This document shows positions 1-9,952 of a stretch of 64,000 nt of DNA, piece after piece. Numbering within the stretch: the stretch's first letter is position 1; the number at the start of each line of letters is the position of its first letter. Source of the DNA: an uncultured SAR116 cluster alpha proteobacterium (lineage in GTDB: Bacteria > Pseudomonadota > Alphaproteobacteria > Puniceispirillales > Puniceispirillaceae); contig CACCQD010000001.1 of the NCBI GenBank assembly GCA_902547925.1, positions 26,557 through 90,556 on the forward strand, written 5' to 3'. The position numbers and the translations under genes are program-made. Under the pieces are notes generated by a model that made no database searches, had not been told where the DNA came from, and worked only from the letters and a program-made list of their open reading frames with translations.

Positions 1-2207
1 ACATCGCCCGCACCAAACGGCTGGACTTGCCATTTCGGCAAGGCGCGCCGGGCGGTAAAACCGGTGATCTGCGCCACAAGTGGAGCAAGAAGCGGCACAT
101 GCCGCCAAACGGATTGCAACAGATTGGCAAATGGTGCAATACGCGCCGCATATGGTGCATAGTCAGGCAGAAAAGCGATCAGTCTGTCATGCAGGGACAA
201 GCCCCTCGCAGCCGAACGCAAGGCCGTTACCTCCACTTTCATGCGCGCCATGTCAACACCTACTGGACATTCGCGTTTGCACGCCTTGCAGGACACACAC
301 AACTTCATGGTGTCCGCCATTTCATCACTGATCAGCGCGTCTGGTCCAATTTGACCAGATAATGCAAGACGAAGGCTGTTGGCCCGACCGCGCGTCACAT
401 CCCGCTCGTCACGTGTGGCGCGATATGACGGACACATCACACCCCCCTCAAGCTTGCGACAGGCACCATTATTATTGCACATCTCGACAGCGCCTTGCAG
501 GCCGCCTGCCTTTCCCGGAAAAGCCCGCCAGTTAAGCTGTGTAGGAAAATCATCAACATGATAGGACGGCGCAAAGCGAAACAACGCGCGATCATCCATT
601 TTTGGTGCATCAACGATTTTGCCCGGATTAAACAGATTGTCCGGATCAAACATTGCCTTGATCTGCCGGAACAAGCCGGGCAGTACCGGCCCAAACATAA
701 TGTCATTGAATTCAGAGCGCACGATGCCGTCACCATGTTCGCCCGAGTGTGAGCCGCCAAAATTGCGCACCAGCGCAAACGCCTCCTCAGCGATGGCCCG
801 CATGGTGGCAACGTCATCCTGTTTTTTCATATCCAACACAGGCCGGACATGCAAACACCCCACCGATGCATGCGCGTACCAGGTTCCCTTTGCACCATGC
901 TTGTCAAAAATGCGGATCAACTGGTCCGTGTATTCGGCAAGATCAGACAGCTCGACGGCACAATCCTCTAGAAAGGAAACAGGCTTTGCCGAGTCTTTCA
1001 TGCTCATCATGATGTTGAGGCCAGATTTGCGCATTTCTGCAATACGCCCCTGCATCGCCGGGTCGATGGCGTCAACCACGCCGCCGCACCATTCATCTGT
1101 CTTGTCCCAGCCAAATCCAAGGTTGGCCATCATCTCATGCAGCTGCGCCAGACTGCGATGGTTATTATCCATATCATCCTCGGCAAACTCAACCACCAGC
1201 AGTGCTGCGGGGTCACCCTTTACCGCTTCTTCGACAATGGGCCGGAAAATAGCAATGGAACGCGCCAAGTCGATCATCGTATTGTCGATCAGCTCGACAG
1301 CCACCGGATCAAGGGTGACAAGATGCTGGGCTGCATCCATCGCTTTGTAAAAACTAGGAAAATGGCAGATACCCATGAGCTTTTTTGCGGGTAGCGGCCA
1401 TAATTTCAGGGTAATGGCTGTTGAATAGGCAAGTGTACCCTCAGACCCAACAAGCAAATGCGCCAGATTGATTCCATCACCAGCCGCGCCGCCCGGGCGA
1501 AGTGCCATGGCATCAGGCATCAGGGCATCAATGTTGTAACCACCGACACGCCGCAATACCTTTGGAAAGCCGGCCAGAATATCCGCTGCACGATCGGTTC
1601 CCATCGCCAGCAGATCCGGCAACAACCGGCCAAGCTGGCCCGCCGGTTTGGTGCCAGGCGTCAACGGTCCGAAATGGGCCTCACTGCCGTTCGCCATGAT
1701 GGCATCAATGCCCAGCACATTGTCACGCATCATTCCATATCGAATGGACCTGCCGCCACAGCTGTTATTGCCGGCCATGCCGCCAATGGTCGCCCGGCTG
1801 GAGGTCGACACATCAACCGGAAACCAAAGCCCATGCGGCTGTAACTGGCGGTTCAGGTCATCCAGCACGATACCCGGTTCAACGACACAGGTTTTGTTTT
1901 CAACATCGAGATCGATGATCCGGTTCAGATGCTTGCTGTTGTCGATCACGATGGCGTGGTTGACTGTCTGGCCACATTGCGATGTTCCACCGCCGCGTGG
2001 CAGCACCGCAATGCCCTCGCGCCGGGCAAACGCAAGGGTCCAGCGAACGTCATCCAGATTTTCCGGAATGACGACGGCATGCGGCATCATCTGATAGATC
2101 GATGCATCAGTGGCATAGCGGCCACGAGACAGCGCGTCATCCAAAACTGCCCCACTTAGTCCCGCCTTTAATGAGGAAAGTTGTTGCGGTTTGGTATCAT
2201 TGTGCAT
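1..2207 (-). CDS. FAD-binding (GlcD-like) plus Fe-S cluster-binding oxidoreductase, YdiJ-like; 3' end lies beyond the window edge
   Basis: Not in the ORF track because it runs off the edge. Manual minus-strand translation from ATG at 2207 gives MHNDTKPQQLSSLKAGLSGAVLDDALSRGRYATDASIYQMMPHAVVIPENLDD...LPRGGGTSQCGQ (FAD-binding domain), then later MCPSYRATRDERDVTRGRAN and KLCVSCKACKRECPVGVDM (Cys-rich Fe-S motif). The frame is open to position 1. The plus-strand ORFs here are antisense shadows. Confidence 0.85.
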   Translation of the reverse strand, partial: MHNDTKPQQLSSLKAGLSGAVLDDALSRGRYATDASIYQMMPHAVVIPENLDDVRWTLAFARREGIAVLPRGGGTSQCGQTVNHAIVIDNSKHLNRIIDLDVENKTCVVEPGIVLDDLNRQLQPHGLWFPVDVSTSSRATIGGMAGNNSCGGRSIRYGMMRDNVLGIDAIMANGSEAHFGPLTPGTKPAGQLGRLLPDLLAMGTDRAADILAGFPKVLRRVGGYNIDALMPDAMALRPGGAAGDGINLAHLLVGSEGTLAYSTAITLKLWPLPAKKLMGICHFPSFYKAMDAAQHLVTLDPVAVELIDNTMIDLARSIAIFRPIVEEAVKGDPAALLVVEFAEDDMDNNHRSLAQLHEMMANLGFGWDKTDEWCGGVVDAIDPAMQGRIAEMRKSGLNIMMSMKDSAKPVSFLEDCAVELSDLAEYTDQLIRIFDKHGAKGTWYAHASVGCLHVRPVLDMKKQDDVATMRAIAEEAFALVRNFGGSHSGEHGDGIVRSEFNDIMFGPVLPGLFRQIKAMFDPDNLFNPGKIVDAPKMDDRALFRFAPSYHVDDFPTQLNWRAFPGKAGGLQGAVEMCNNNGACRKLEGGVMCPSYRATRDERDVTRGRANSLRLALSGQIGPDALISDEMADTMKLCVSCKACKRECPVGVDMARMKVEVTALRSAARGLSLHDRLIAFLPDYAPYAARIAPFANLLQSVWRHVPLLAPLVAQITGFTARRALPKWQVQPFGAGD

Positions 2208-2250
2208 AATTTCGCCAAGAAGCCTTAGATGGTTAAGAAGACGAGGAGAG

Positions 2251-2273
2251 TAAAAACCTCAGGCTGCCTGAGG
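2251..2273 (-). terminator. Rho-independent-terminator-like hairpin read on the minus strand
   Basis: Perfect 7-bp GC-rich stem CCTCAGG (2257-2263) / CCTGAGG (2267-2273) with a 3-nt loop, followed on the minus strand by TTTTT (2256-2252). It lies downstream of the TRAP/TIM-barrel operon and 45 nt upstream of the FAD/Fe-S gene start. Confidence 0.45.
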
Positions 2274-2588
2274 CGTGCTAGAAGCAATATACACCGTTTT
2301 TTAAAGTCCCACATAAATTTTGCGCCATTTAAACCCGCTAAATTGAAGCACAATTAATATAGTCCCGCCCGCTTTAAATCAGACAATTGTGGCTCGGTTT
2401 TAACAATAGCAATGGCTTGAAAAACATCTAGCCGCTCAGCCCGCTAACTGCGCTTTCCAGCGACACAGGCGAGTCTGCTAAAAGAAACCGGGAAATTTGT
2501 AAATGTCAAATTAGCCAAGCTGCGATAATAGGTTCAGTCTACAGCCGTTTGATCTCCCCATGACTCGAATGCGCCTTTCTAAGAACAC

Positions 2589-3395
2589 TCATATCGGCAA
2601 GAATTTTTCCTGAAATTTGATCCCGGCCAGCATATCGTCAAGTGATCCAAACGCGTTCATATAATGACCCTTGTACCCAGTGTCCTCGATCAATTGAAAC
2701 ATCTCTTTCCAGTCAATCATGCCAGTTCCGGGTTGCAAATGCAGTTCATATTCCCCGTTGCTATCTGCCATTCGAACCTCGCCCAATCTCTTGATTGGCC
2801 CACCTCGCACAAATCCTTCGATACCTTCTGGTACCAAAGTGGCGTGATTGATCGTGAACGACCAACCCAAATTGGGGGAGTCAATTCTATCAAAATAGTA
2901 ATTCACTTCCTCAAGATTGTGAGCAAGGTAGTGCACTTCGGCTCTGTCTGGTTCCCAATTTGTATTCTCCAAGAGCAAATGAGCACCTTTTTTTTCTGCG
3001 TAATCAACAATTCGCTTCAATCTCTCCAGACCAGCGTCCCTCCTCTTCTCAAAATCATCGGAGAAATGATAGCCCGCGTGCACAACGATCCACTTGGCGT
3101 CCAGTCTGACAAAAGCATCGATGTAAGCCTTCAGGTAATCATCGACAGCGTCATCCACAAACGGTGAAAACTCGGCGATGTTCACTGACGAAAGTGTGTG
3201 CAGGCCTATATTAATATCATTCTTGCTGCAATATTCCCTGATCGGAGCGCATCTCTTTTCATCGAAGGATTTGAGTTCATTAGGAGCAACGTCAATTTGA
3301 CAGTCTATGTATTTGATACCGTTGTATATCGCCCATTCAACCGCATTCTCAACTGATAGTTTACGCCCAATATCTACACCAATACGTTCTTTCAT
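2589..3395 (-). CDS. Xylose-isomerase-like TIM-barrel enzyme (sugar phosphate isomerase/epimerase family), copy A
   Basis: ORF 2589..3422. Preferred start is ATG 3395 (MKERIGVDIGR), preceded by GGGAGAGG. Motif blocks are GLHTLSSVNIAEFSPF, WIVVHAGYHF, LLLENTNWEP and GYKGHYMNAF. Clear paralog of 17639..18484. Confidence 0.85.
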   Translation of the reverse strand: MKERIGVDIGRKLSVENAVEWAIYNGIKYIDCQIDVAPNELKSFDEKRCAPIREYCSKNDINIGLHTLSSVNIAEFSPFVDDAVDDYLKAYIDAFVRLDAKWIVVHAGYHFSDDFEKRRDAGLERLKRIVDYAEKKGAHLLLENTNWEPDRAEVHYLAHNLEEVNYYFDRIDSPNLGWSFTINHATLVPEGIEGFVRGGPIKRLGEVRMADSNGEYELHLQPGTGMIDWKEMFQLIEDTGYKGHYMNAFGSLDDMLAGIKFQEKFLPI

Positions 3396-3411
3396 ATCAC
3401 GCCTCTCCCGT

Positions 3412-4698
3412 TCATCTTGCAACGCTAGGCAGCCATGTAGCCAAGCTTGGAACGCCTATAATAATCAGCAAAAAACCGAGTATACCGAGTAAAAACGGTA
3501 AGTTTGCCCTCAACACCTGAATTTGGTCCACCTTTGCTATTCGGCCCGCAATGATAAGGGCGATCGCCATCGGTGGGGTGACCTGTCCAACGACAACTGC
3601 AATCACCATCAACACACCGAAATGGATCAAATCAATATCAAATGCCAACAGTGTTGGCAGAATTATTGGCAGCAAAACTGGGATTAATGGGTCAAGGATC
3701 ATACCCGCCAATATGGCCAATCCAACCAAGACAAGGATCCTGAAATATTCACTGTCAATAGTCACCAAACCATCAATCATGCCAACCAGAAACTCTGGAA
3801 CATGCGCGTTTGTTAATCCGGCTCCCAAAGCAAAGGAGAGCCCTACAATGATCAGCAATTCGCCAGATAATTGGACGGCATTTACCAAAACTCGATACAA
3901 GCCTTTGAGGTCCAAGGCTCTGTGAACAAGCATGGCAAGAACGAGCGCATATACAACGGCGAATGCGCCAGCCTCTGAAGGGGTAAACACACCAAGAACC
4001 ATCCCCCCTACAATTATTAACGGCAAGCCAAATGATAGGATGGCCCGTTTACCTGTCCTTAAAACCTCCGGCAAATCAAATGCAGAATAGGGCAACCACC
4101 CCTTTTTCCTCGCAAGGTACGCAACAATCAGCATTTGCAACAACCCAAGCAACAAACCGGGAATCAGGCCAGCGAGGAACAGCGCACCTAAAGACACTCC
4201 TGTCACAGCTGAATAAAGTATCATTGGCGAACTGGGCGGTATCATCGGTCCAATGCCGGCAGATGATGCCGTCAATGCCGCTGAGAAATCTGCTGGATAT
4301 TTTGCATCCTTCATTGCCGGTATGACAATGGAGCCTGTTCCCGCTAAATCAGCTGTCGATGAACCGATCATGCCACCAAAAAACATGCTGGTCACAACAT
4401 TAACATGCGCTAATCCACCACGAAGGGAGCCAACGATTGCTCTTGCAAAATCAAATAAACGCCCGGATATCCCACCCGAGTTCATCAAACCCCCTGCCAA
4501 GACAAAAAGTGGCAATGCAATCAGAACAAATCTACCCAGCCCGGACATCATAGTTTGAGGCAAGCTCAAAGCCCACGCTCCAGAGAAATAGATGTTTAAA
4601 AATACAGCTGCGGTTACTGAAATAAGCATTGGGATTCTTATGATCAGTAAAAAACACAGCAGCAACACGGCGGCACCTGCTCCCATAAGTGGTGTCAT
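3412..4698 (-). CDS. dctM: TRAP transporter large permease subunit (DctM family)
   Basis: 428 aa, strongly hydrophobic multi-TM protein of DctM length. It has a 4-nt overlap with the small-subunit gene upstream and a DctP-type binding protein further upstream. Confidence 0.9.
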   Translation of the reverse strand: MTPLMGAGAAVLLLCFLLIIRIPMLISVTAAVFLNIYFSGAWALSLPQTMMSGLGRFVLIALPLFVLAGGLMNSGGISGRLFDFARAIVGSLRGGLAHVNVVTSMFFGGMIGSSTADLAGTGSIVIPAMKDAKYPADFSAALTASSAGIGPMIPPSSPMILYSAVTGVSLGALFLAGLIPGLLLGLLQMLIVAYLARKKGWLPYSAFDLPEVLRTGKRAILSFGLPLIIVGGMVLGVFTPSEAGAFAVVYALVLAMLVHRALDLKGLYRVLVNAVQLSGELLIIVGLSFALGAGLTNAHVPEFLVGMIDGLVTIDSEYFRILVLVGLAILAGMILDPLIPVLLPIILPTLLAFDIDLIHFGVLMVIAVVVGQVTPPMAIALIIAGRIAKVDQIQVLRANLPFLLGILGFLLIIIGVPSLATWLPSVAR

Positions 4699-5261
4699 GT
4701 TTCTGCATCCCCTCTTTTGAGACTGAGTTGTTTATTTCGCCATAAAACAAAAAATTCTGCAGCGTAGGCCATCGCTGCACCGGCTGCGCCACAAACAAGC
4801 GCAGACGTAGACCATCCTGTCGGCATCTCGACATACAAAGCCACGTCACCCCCAAACAGCATCACAAAATCAAGTGACACGTAGGCCAAACCGAGAAGAA
4901 TAGCGATATTCATCATGTAACCAAAAATGGCGACTGCAGCTTGAAACCTCTGGGGAATTTTTTCAAAAAAGTAATCTATCCTGATCATCGCACCGCGACG
5001 AACAGACAGGAAAACTCCTGTCATAGCGAGCCAAGGCATCGACATTTGAACGAATTCTTCGGCCCACGGAAAACTGAAATTCAGTGCATAACGGGCTACC
5101 GCATTCACAAAAACAACCACGACGATTGAGGATAACACAGTGACCCCAACTATTTCCACGATGGAATTCACCACCCTGTTAATCAGGGACAAATCCGCAT
5201 CCGGATTCGCAAGCTCCATACTTTTGGAAGCCTCAGTTATTTTTTTTGCTAGCTCGTCCAA
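4695..5261 (-). CDS. dctQ: TRAP transporter small permease subunit (DctQ family)
   Basis: 188 aa with about 4 hydrophobic segments. Positioned between the dctP-like and dctM-like genes, with an ATGA-type overlap with dctM. Confidence 0.8.
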   Translation of the reverse strand: MDELAKKITEASKSMELANPDADLSLINRVVNSIVEIVGVTVLSSIVVVVFVNAVARYALNFSFPWAEEFVQMSMPWLAMTGVFLSVRRGAMIRIDYFFEKIPQRFQAAVAIFGYMMNIAILLGLAYVSLDFVMLFGGDVALYVEMPTGWSTSALVCGAAGAAMAYAAEFFVLWRNKQLSLKRGDAET

Positions 5262-5352
5262 TTTACCACACGCCCATTTCTAACCTGCTCCCAAAACCAT
5301 CTTTTTTTGGAAACTCATTAAACTGATAGAGAGTTTTTCAATCAACGAAAGA

Positions 5353-5378
5353 GGGAAGGCGGACATCTCCACCTTCCC
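5353..5378 (-). terminator. Intercistronic hairpin between dctP and dctQ (possible partial terminator or mRNA stabiliser)
   Basis: GGGAAGG (5353-5359) pairs with CCTTCCC (5372-5378) across a 12-nt loop. It starts 9 nt after the dctP stop and is followed by a T-containing stretch on the minus strand. Confidence 0.35.
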
Positions 5379-5386
5379 TGAAAGAT

Positions 5387-6385
5387 TTACCCACCTTGGG
5401 CAGCAGCCACAAATTTAGCTGTGAAATCTTTGCCAGCAATTCCTGCAATTTCATTCGCGATAGGCCCCGCAGCGGCCTTGAACGACGCTGCGTCGATGTC
5501 ATTGAACTGAACGTCGGGAGCCTTTTTCCGAATCTCAGCTTCCAGGTTCGCGTCATTTTCCGCGCCATAATTACGGCTCATTTCGACGGCTTTCCGAGCG
5601 GCATTGTGAACTTGTTGTTTCTGAGCATCAGATAGCCCGTTATACCGCTTGAGGTTCATAACAAAGGTGATCGGCGTATAAACGTGGCGAGACACAGAAA
5701 TGTACTTCTGGACCTCGTACCATGATTTTTTGACAATGTTTCCATATGGATTTTCCTGTCCATCGATCACGCCCTGCTGAAGTGCCAAATATATTTCACC
5801 CATATTCATCTTGATTGGTGAGGCACCTAGCATTTTGAAGGACAAAATCCTTGTCTTACTTCCGGGTGTTCTCAATTTGAGGCCCTTCAAATCCGCCGGC
5901 GTCACGACAGGCCGAACATTGTTCGTAATCTGCCGGAAACCAATTTCCCCAAATCCAAGAACTTTCAGTCCCGCGCTTTTCTGGAAGGACTTGTCCAACT
6001 CGTCACCGATAGGTCCATCCAACAAAGCTGAGACCTGCTCGCGCGAAGAGAACAGGAAGGGAATGTCAAACACTGCAAATTTGGAATCAAGTTGTACAGC
6101 ATCGGAGCCGATCGGGATCACATCAAGCTGACCCGTCCTTACCTGCTGCATATGAACAATTTCGTCACCCAGTGTCCCACTATCGAAATATTCGATATCC
6201 ACATCATTACCCATTTCCTGCTTCAAAGCATCGCGAAAGGAGGCAAGCATATGTTGGGTTGACGCACCCGGGGTGCTCTCCACGGATAACCTTAGTTTCA
6301 AAGGTTCAGCAACAGCTATTCCAGCTACCAACATACAAACAGTAGCGAGAGCGGACGCGCCGAACTTCGTTATTGATCTACGCAT
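5387..6385 (-). CDS. dctP: TRAP transporter substrate-binding protein (DctP family)
   Basis: ORF 5387..6445. Start moved to ATG 6385 (MRRSITKFGASALATVCMLVAGIAVA, signal-peptide-like) with GGAGGA 6 nt upstream. Size and operon context match DctP-type periplasmic binding proteins. Confidence 0.85.
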   Translation of the reverse strand: MRRSITKFGASALATVCMLVAGIAVAEPLKLRLSVESTPGASTQHMLASFRDALKQEMGNDVDIEYFDSGTLGDEIVHMQQVRTGQLDVIPIGSDAVQLDSKFAVFDIPFLFSSREQVSALLDGPIGDELDKSFQKSAGLKVLGFGEIGFRQITNNVRPVVTPADLKGLKLRTPGSKTRILSFKMLGASPIKMNMGEIYLALQQGVIDGQENPYGNIVKKSWYEVQKYISVSRHVYTPITFVMNLKRYNGLSDAQKQQVHNAARKAVEMSRNYGAENDANLEAEIRKKAPDVQFNDIDAASFKAAAGPIANEIAGIAGKDFTAKFVAAAQGG

Positions 6386-6478
6386 TATTTCCTCCATTTT
6401 TAATGTTATGTCACCATGTTTTGCTTTTTTCTGCAGTTGAGTCAAATCAAGGCAATACTTTTGAGAGTTGTACTCGTC

Positions 6479-7612
6479 CTACATATCACGGAAGTCATAC
6501 CGATATTTGTCGACCGTTAACCAGTCCAAGGTCACACCAAGACCCGGTCCTGTGGGGATCTCCATATAGCCGGCTTCTCTCCTCAAACTTTCCGCAATCA
6601 GATCATCTTTTACGCCTATTGGCCCAAGAGATCCAATTTCATTAACACATCTTATCTCATCGCAGCTGGCCGCTAAATGAGCCTCAGCCACCGCTCCCAA
6701 ACCTGTCTGGAACACGTGCCCAAGAATCACCTCAAGGCCGGCTGCTCTCGCCATTTTGGCAATTGCTCTTGCGTCTGTCAGCCCATGCTTGGTGACTTTG
6801 ACTTTGATCCTATCAGTGGCATCCAGCCGAATTACATTCATAGCATCCTCAACTGATGCGACCATGTCATCGGTGGTAATTGGGATATTGACTTTTTTTC
6901 TCAGATTTTTCATTCCAAGCAGGTCAAAACGGCCAATGGGCTGCTCGACATGCTCAATCATACATTCTTCGATTTTGTTTATTAGCGAGACCGCTTCAGC
7001 GACCACATAATGATCGTTCGCGTCCACCCGGATGGAAACATCATCCCCGACAGCCTGTCGCACCGCTCTGACCCTGTCAACATCAGCGGCAACTGTCTCG
7101 CCAACCTTAATCTTAAGGGTCTTGATCCCCTCTCCAACTTGGTGAGCTGCGACCTTTGCCATTGCATCAGGCGACATAATGCCAATCACATCCCCAATGA
7201 CGGGTATGCGGGATTTTACCTCTCCACCAAGCATCGTCAGCAATGATTGTTTTTGCGACTTGGCCCACAAATCGTGCAAAGCAACATTTGTAGCGGCTTT
7301 CGTCCAATTTTTACCCTTTATTGATTTCTGCAACTTTTGCATCGCTTGATTGAGATGGGTTGCGTTTGTTCCGATCAAAGCAGGCCCAATGTAATTCTCG
7401 ATGGCACTGACTATCTCGCCGGGAATCTCCTCCGGTTTTCCGGGCGGTGCACAGGCGATTTCAGAAAAGCCATAAATGTTTTCATCATCTGTTCTCAAAA
7501 TGAGAAGGACTGCAAAATGCGCGTTGGCGCGACCCTCCGATATTGCAAAATGAGTATCTCCAGAAATTTTTAACGGTATAGCCTCAAAGGCGCTAATAAC
7601 CAAGTCACTCAT
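6479..7612 (-). CDS. Enolase-superfamily enzyme, mandelate racemase / muconate-lactonizing (MLE-like) subgroup
   Basis: 377 aa. Contains the KxK motif (LKIKVG), metal-ligand contexts RVDAND, EQP and ITTDD, and a second lysine block KVKVTKHG. GGAG lies upstream of the ATG. Confidence 0.85.
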   Translation of the reverse strand: MSDLVISAFEAIPLKISGDTHFAISEGRANAHFAVLLILRTDDENIYGFSEIACAPPGKPEEIPGEIVSAIENYIGPALIGTNATHLNQAMQKLQKSIKGKNWTKAATNVALHDLWAKSQKQSLLTMLGGEVKSRIPVIGDVIGIMSPDAMAKVAAHQVGEGIKTLKIKVGETVAADVDRVRAVRQAVGDDVSIRVDANDHYVVAEAVSLINKIEECMIEHVEQPIGRFDLLGMKNLRKKVNIPITTDDMVASVEDAMNVIRLDATDRIKVKVTKHGLTDARAIAKMARAAGLEVILGHVFQTGLGAVAEAHLAASCDEIRCVNEIGSLGPIGVKDDLIAESLRREAGYMEIPTGPGLGVTLDWLTVDKYRYDFRDM

Positions 7613-7893
7613 GGAAACACTCCGAAATAAATGTACATGTGGATCAAGATAGCGATGCTAGAGACGCTTTACTAATCAATTAAAAGTAACCTTCTGAATT
7701 TCGTAACCGGATCGGCGAAAAGGTTTCTGAGCTTATATTTAAAATGCGTAAATTTTTACTTAGACACTAAAGTTGAAAGACTTGATAACACCTGATCATT
7801 ATGTTCATTGATTATCCATCAGATTTCGTACTGCAAAACTTAAGGTTGAAGATTTTCATCCACAATCACACACTAAATACGTGAGGACAAATT

Positions 7894-9090
7894 ATGCCGA
7901 ACAGAGATTACAGTGCCGGTCGCCATTTCCTTCAGATCCCCGGCCCAACAAATGTTCCTGATCGTGTTCTGCGGGCGATGGACCATCCAACGATTGATCA
8001 TCGCGGACCCGCCTTCACCGAGTTGGGAAAGCGCTGTCTTGATGGCATGAAGACCATCTTCAAAACAGACACGCATGTGGTGATATATCCGGCCTCAGGA
8101 ACAGGTGCATGGGAGGCGGCGCTGGTCAATCTGCTCTGTGAAGGTGACACGGTCCTCATGGTCGAGACCGGCCATTTCGCCTCACTTTGGCAGAAAATGG
8201 CGACAAACCTCGGGATCAAAACTGAGTTTCTGGAAACTGACTGGCGGCGTGGCGTTGACCCGCAGGCCGTTGAGGACAGGCTTCGTGCCGATAGCGCTGG
8301 AGAAATCCGGGCCGTCTGCGTGGTTCATAACGAGACCTCCACCGGATCGCGCTCGCGTATTGGCGAGGTTCGCAAGGCTATGGATGCAGCCGGCCACACA
8401 GCCCTGTTGATGGTCGACACCATTTCCTCGCTAGCATCAATCGATTATCGGCATGATGAGTGGGGCGTCGATGTGACCGTCTCTGGCTCGCAGAAAGGAC
8501 TGATGATGCCCCCAGGGCTTTCTTTCAATGCCCTTTCAGAGCGCGCTATTGCCGAGTCTGGGAACGGTGGAATGAACCGCTCCTATTGGGATTGGCATGA
8601 TCAGATTGCCGCCAACGCTTCCGGTGCCTTTCCGTTCACGCCAGCAACAAACCTGCTTTATGGTCTCGCCGAGGCGATCGACATGCTGCATGAAGAAGGG
8701 CTGGATAATGTCTTTGCGCGTCATGACCGCCACGCCGAAGCAACGCGGCGCGCCGTGCAGGCATGGGGTCTGGAGGTTCTGTGTCAGGAGCCGCAGGATT
8801 ACTCAAGCTCGCTGACGGCGGTTTTGTTGCCTGAAGGACATGATGCTGATGCCTTGCGGGCGACAATATTGCGGCATTTCGATATGTCGCTTGGCAATGG
8901 GCTGTCGCGCCTTGCGGGTAAGGTTTTCCGCATCGGGCATTTGGGTGATTTCAATGATCTGATGCTGATGGGAACGTTGAGCGGTGTCGAGATGGGCTTG
9001 AAACTTGCCGATATACCGCATCAGTCAGGTGGCGCCGCCACCGCAATGCAATATCTAGCACAAACGGCTTATGTCGGGAGCGCTTCATGA
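7894..9090 (+). CDS. Class V pyridoxal-phosphate aminotransferase (serine-glyoxylate / alanine-glyoxylate aminotransferase type)
   Basis: 398 aa. N-terminus GRHFLQIPGPTNVPDRVLRAM and PLP-lysine context SGSQKGLMMPPGLSF. GAGGA lies upstream of the ATG. Confidence 0.88.
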   Translation: MPNRDYSAGRHFLQIPGPTNVPDRVLRAMDHPTIDHRGPAFTELGKRCLDGMKTIFKTDTHVVIYPASGTGAWEAALVNLLCEGDTVLMVETGHFASLWQKMATNLGIKTEFLETDWRRGVDPQAVEDRLRADSAGEIRAVCVVHNETSTGSRSRIGEVRKAMDAAGHTALLMVDTISSLASIDYRHDEWGVDVTVSGSQKGLMMPPGLSFNALSERAIAESGNGGMNRSYWDWHDQIAANASGAFPFTPATNLLYGLAEAIDMLHEEGLDNVFARHDRHAEATRRAVQAWGLEVLCQEPQDYSSSLTAVLLPEGHDADALRATILRHFDMSLGNGLSRLAGKVFRIGHLGDFNDLMLMGTLSGVEMGLKLADIPHQSGGAATAMQYLAQTAYVGSAS

Positions 9091-9875
9091 CGGAGGAATT
9101 GCGCTATGAGGTGGAGAACAATATCGGCCGGATCATTCTCAACCGGCCACACCGCCGCAATGCGCTCACCTTTGCCATGTATGACCGGATCAGGGAAATC
9201 TGCCGCATCGCTGGCACGGATGATGACACGGACAAGGTCAAGGTTCTGATCTTTTTGGGTGGCGGCGATATGGCCTTTGCTGCTGGAACGGACATCTCTC
9301 AATTCCGCGATTTCACCGACAAACAGCACGCTATTGATTACGAAGAAAAGATCGAGGTGGTGATGGAGCAGATTGAACAATGCGCCGTGCCAACCATCGC
9401 CGCTCTCAACGGGTTTGTGACAGGCGGCGGTGCCAGTGTCGCCGCGTCTTGTGCAATCCGCATTGCCAGCACTGATGTAAAGATTGGTGTGCCCATTGCA
9501 CGCACTCTGGGAAATTGCCTGTCGATCAGTGGGCTTAAAAGGCTGGTGGCTCTGGTCGGTGAAGCGCGGGCGCGATATATTCTGTTGACCGGACAATTGA
9601 TGGATGCCACCGCAGCGCAATCTGCTGGCTTCATTTCCGAGACACTTGCCGACAAACAGGCGGTTGATGCACGGGCAATGGAACTGGCCCAGATGATGAC
9701 AGGATTTGCCCCGCTGACAATAAAGGCGACAATGGAAGGGTTAGGGCGTCTGCGGGCGGCAACGCCCACACCAAGCGACCATGATTTGATTGAAATGTGC
9801 TTTGGCAGCGAAGATTTCAAAGAGGGTATCTCAGCCTTTTTTGAAAAGCGCAAACCTGACTGGCGAGGCAACTAG
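9087..9875 (+). CDS. Enoyl-CoA hydratase/isomerase (crotonase) family protein, copy A
   Basis: 262 aa. Motifs FAAGTDISQF, NGFVTGGGASVAASC and the C-terminal SEDFKEGISAFFEKRKPDW. ATGA overlap with the aminotransferase gene. Confidence 0.88.
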   Translation: MTEELRYEVENNIGRIILNRPHRRNALTFAMYDRIREICRIAGTDDDTDKVKVLIFLGGGDMAFAAGTDISQFRDFTDKQHAIDYEEKIEVVMEQIEQCAVPTIAALNGFVTGGGASVAASCAIRIASTDVKIGVPIARTLGNCLSISGLKRLVALVGEARARYILLTGQLMDATAAQSAGFISETLADKQAVDARAMELAQMMTGFAPLTIKATMEGLGRLRAATPTPSDHDLIEMCFGSEDFKEGISAFFEKRKPDWRGN

Positions 9876-9952
9876 CAACACCATTGGCAACTGGAAAAAC
9901 CCCCGTTGGCACAGCAGATATTAATCCTTTGCTCTTTGCCTTTTTCTAATTT

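Noticed and set aside
27-2159. Many plus-strand ORFs from the track (for example 619..1350 at 243 aa, 1648..2094 at 148 aa and 1458..1844 at 128 aa).
   Set aside because: They lie antisense to a continuous minus-strand frame encoding a recognisable YdiJ-like FAD/Fe-S oxidoreductase. Their translations are low-complexity and rich in Arg, Ser, Pro and Ala, with no motifs.
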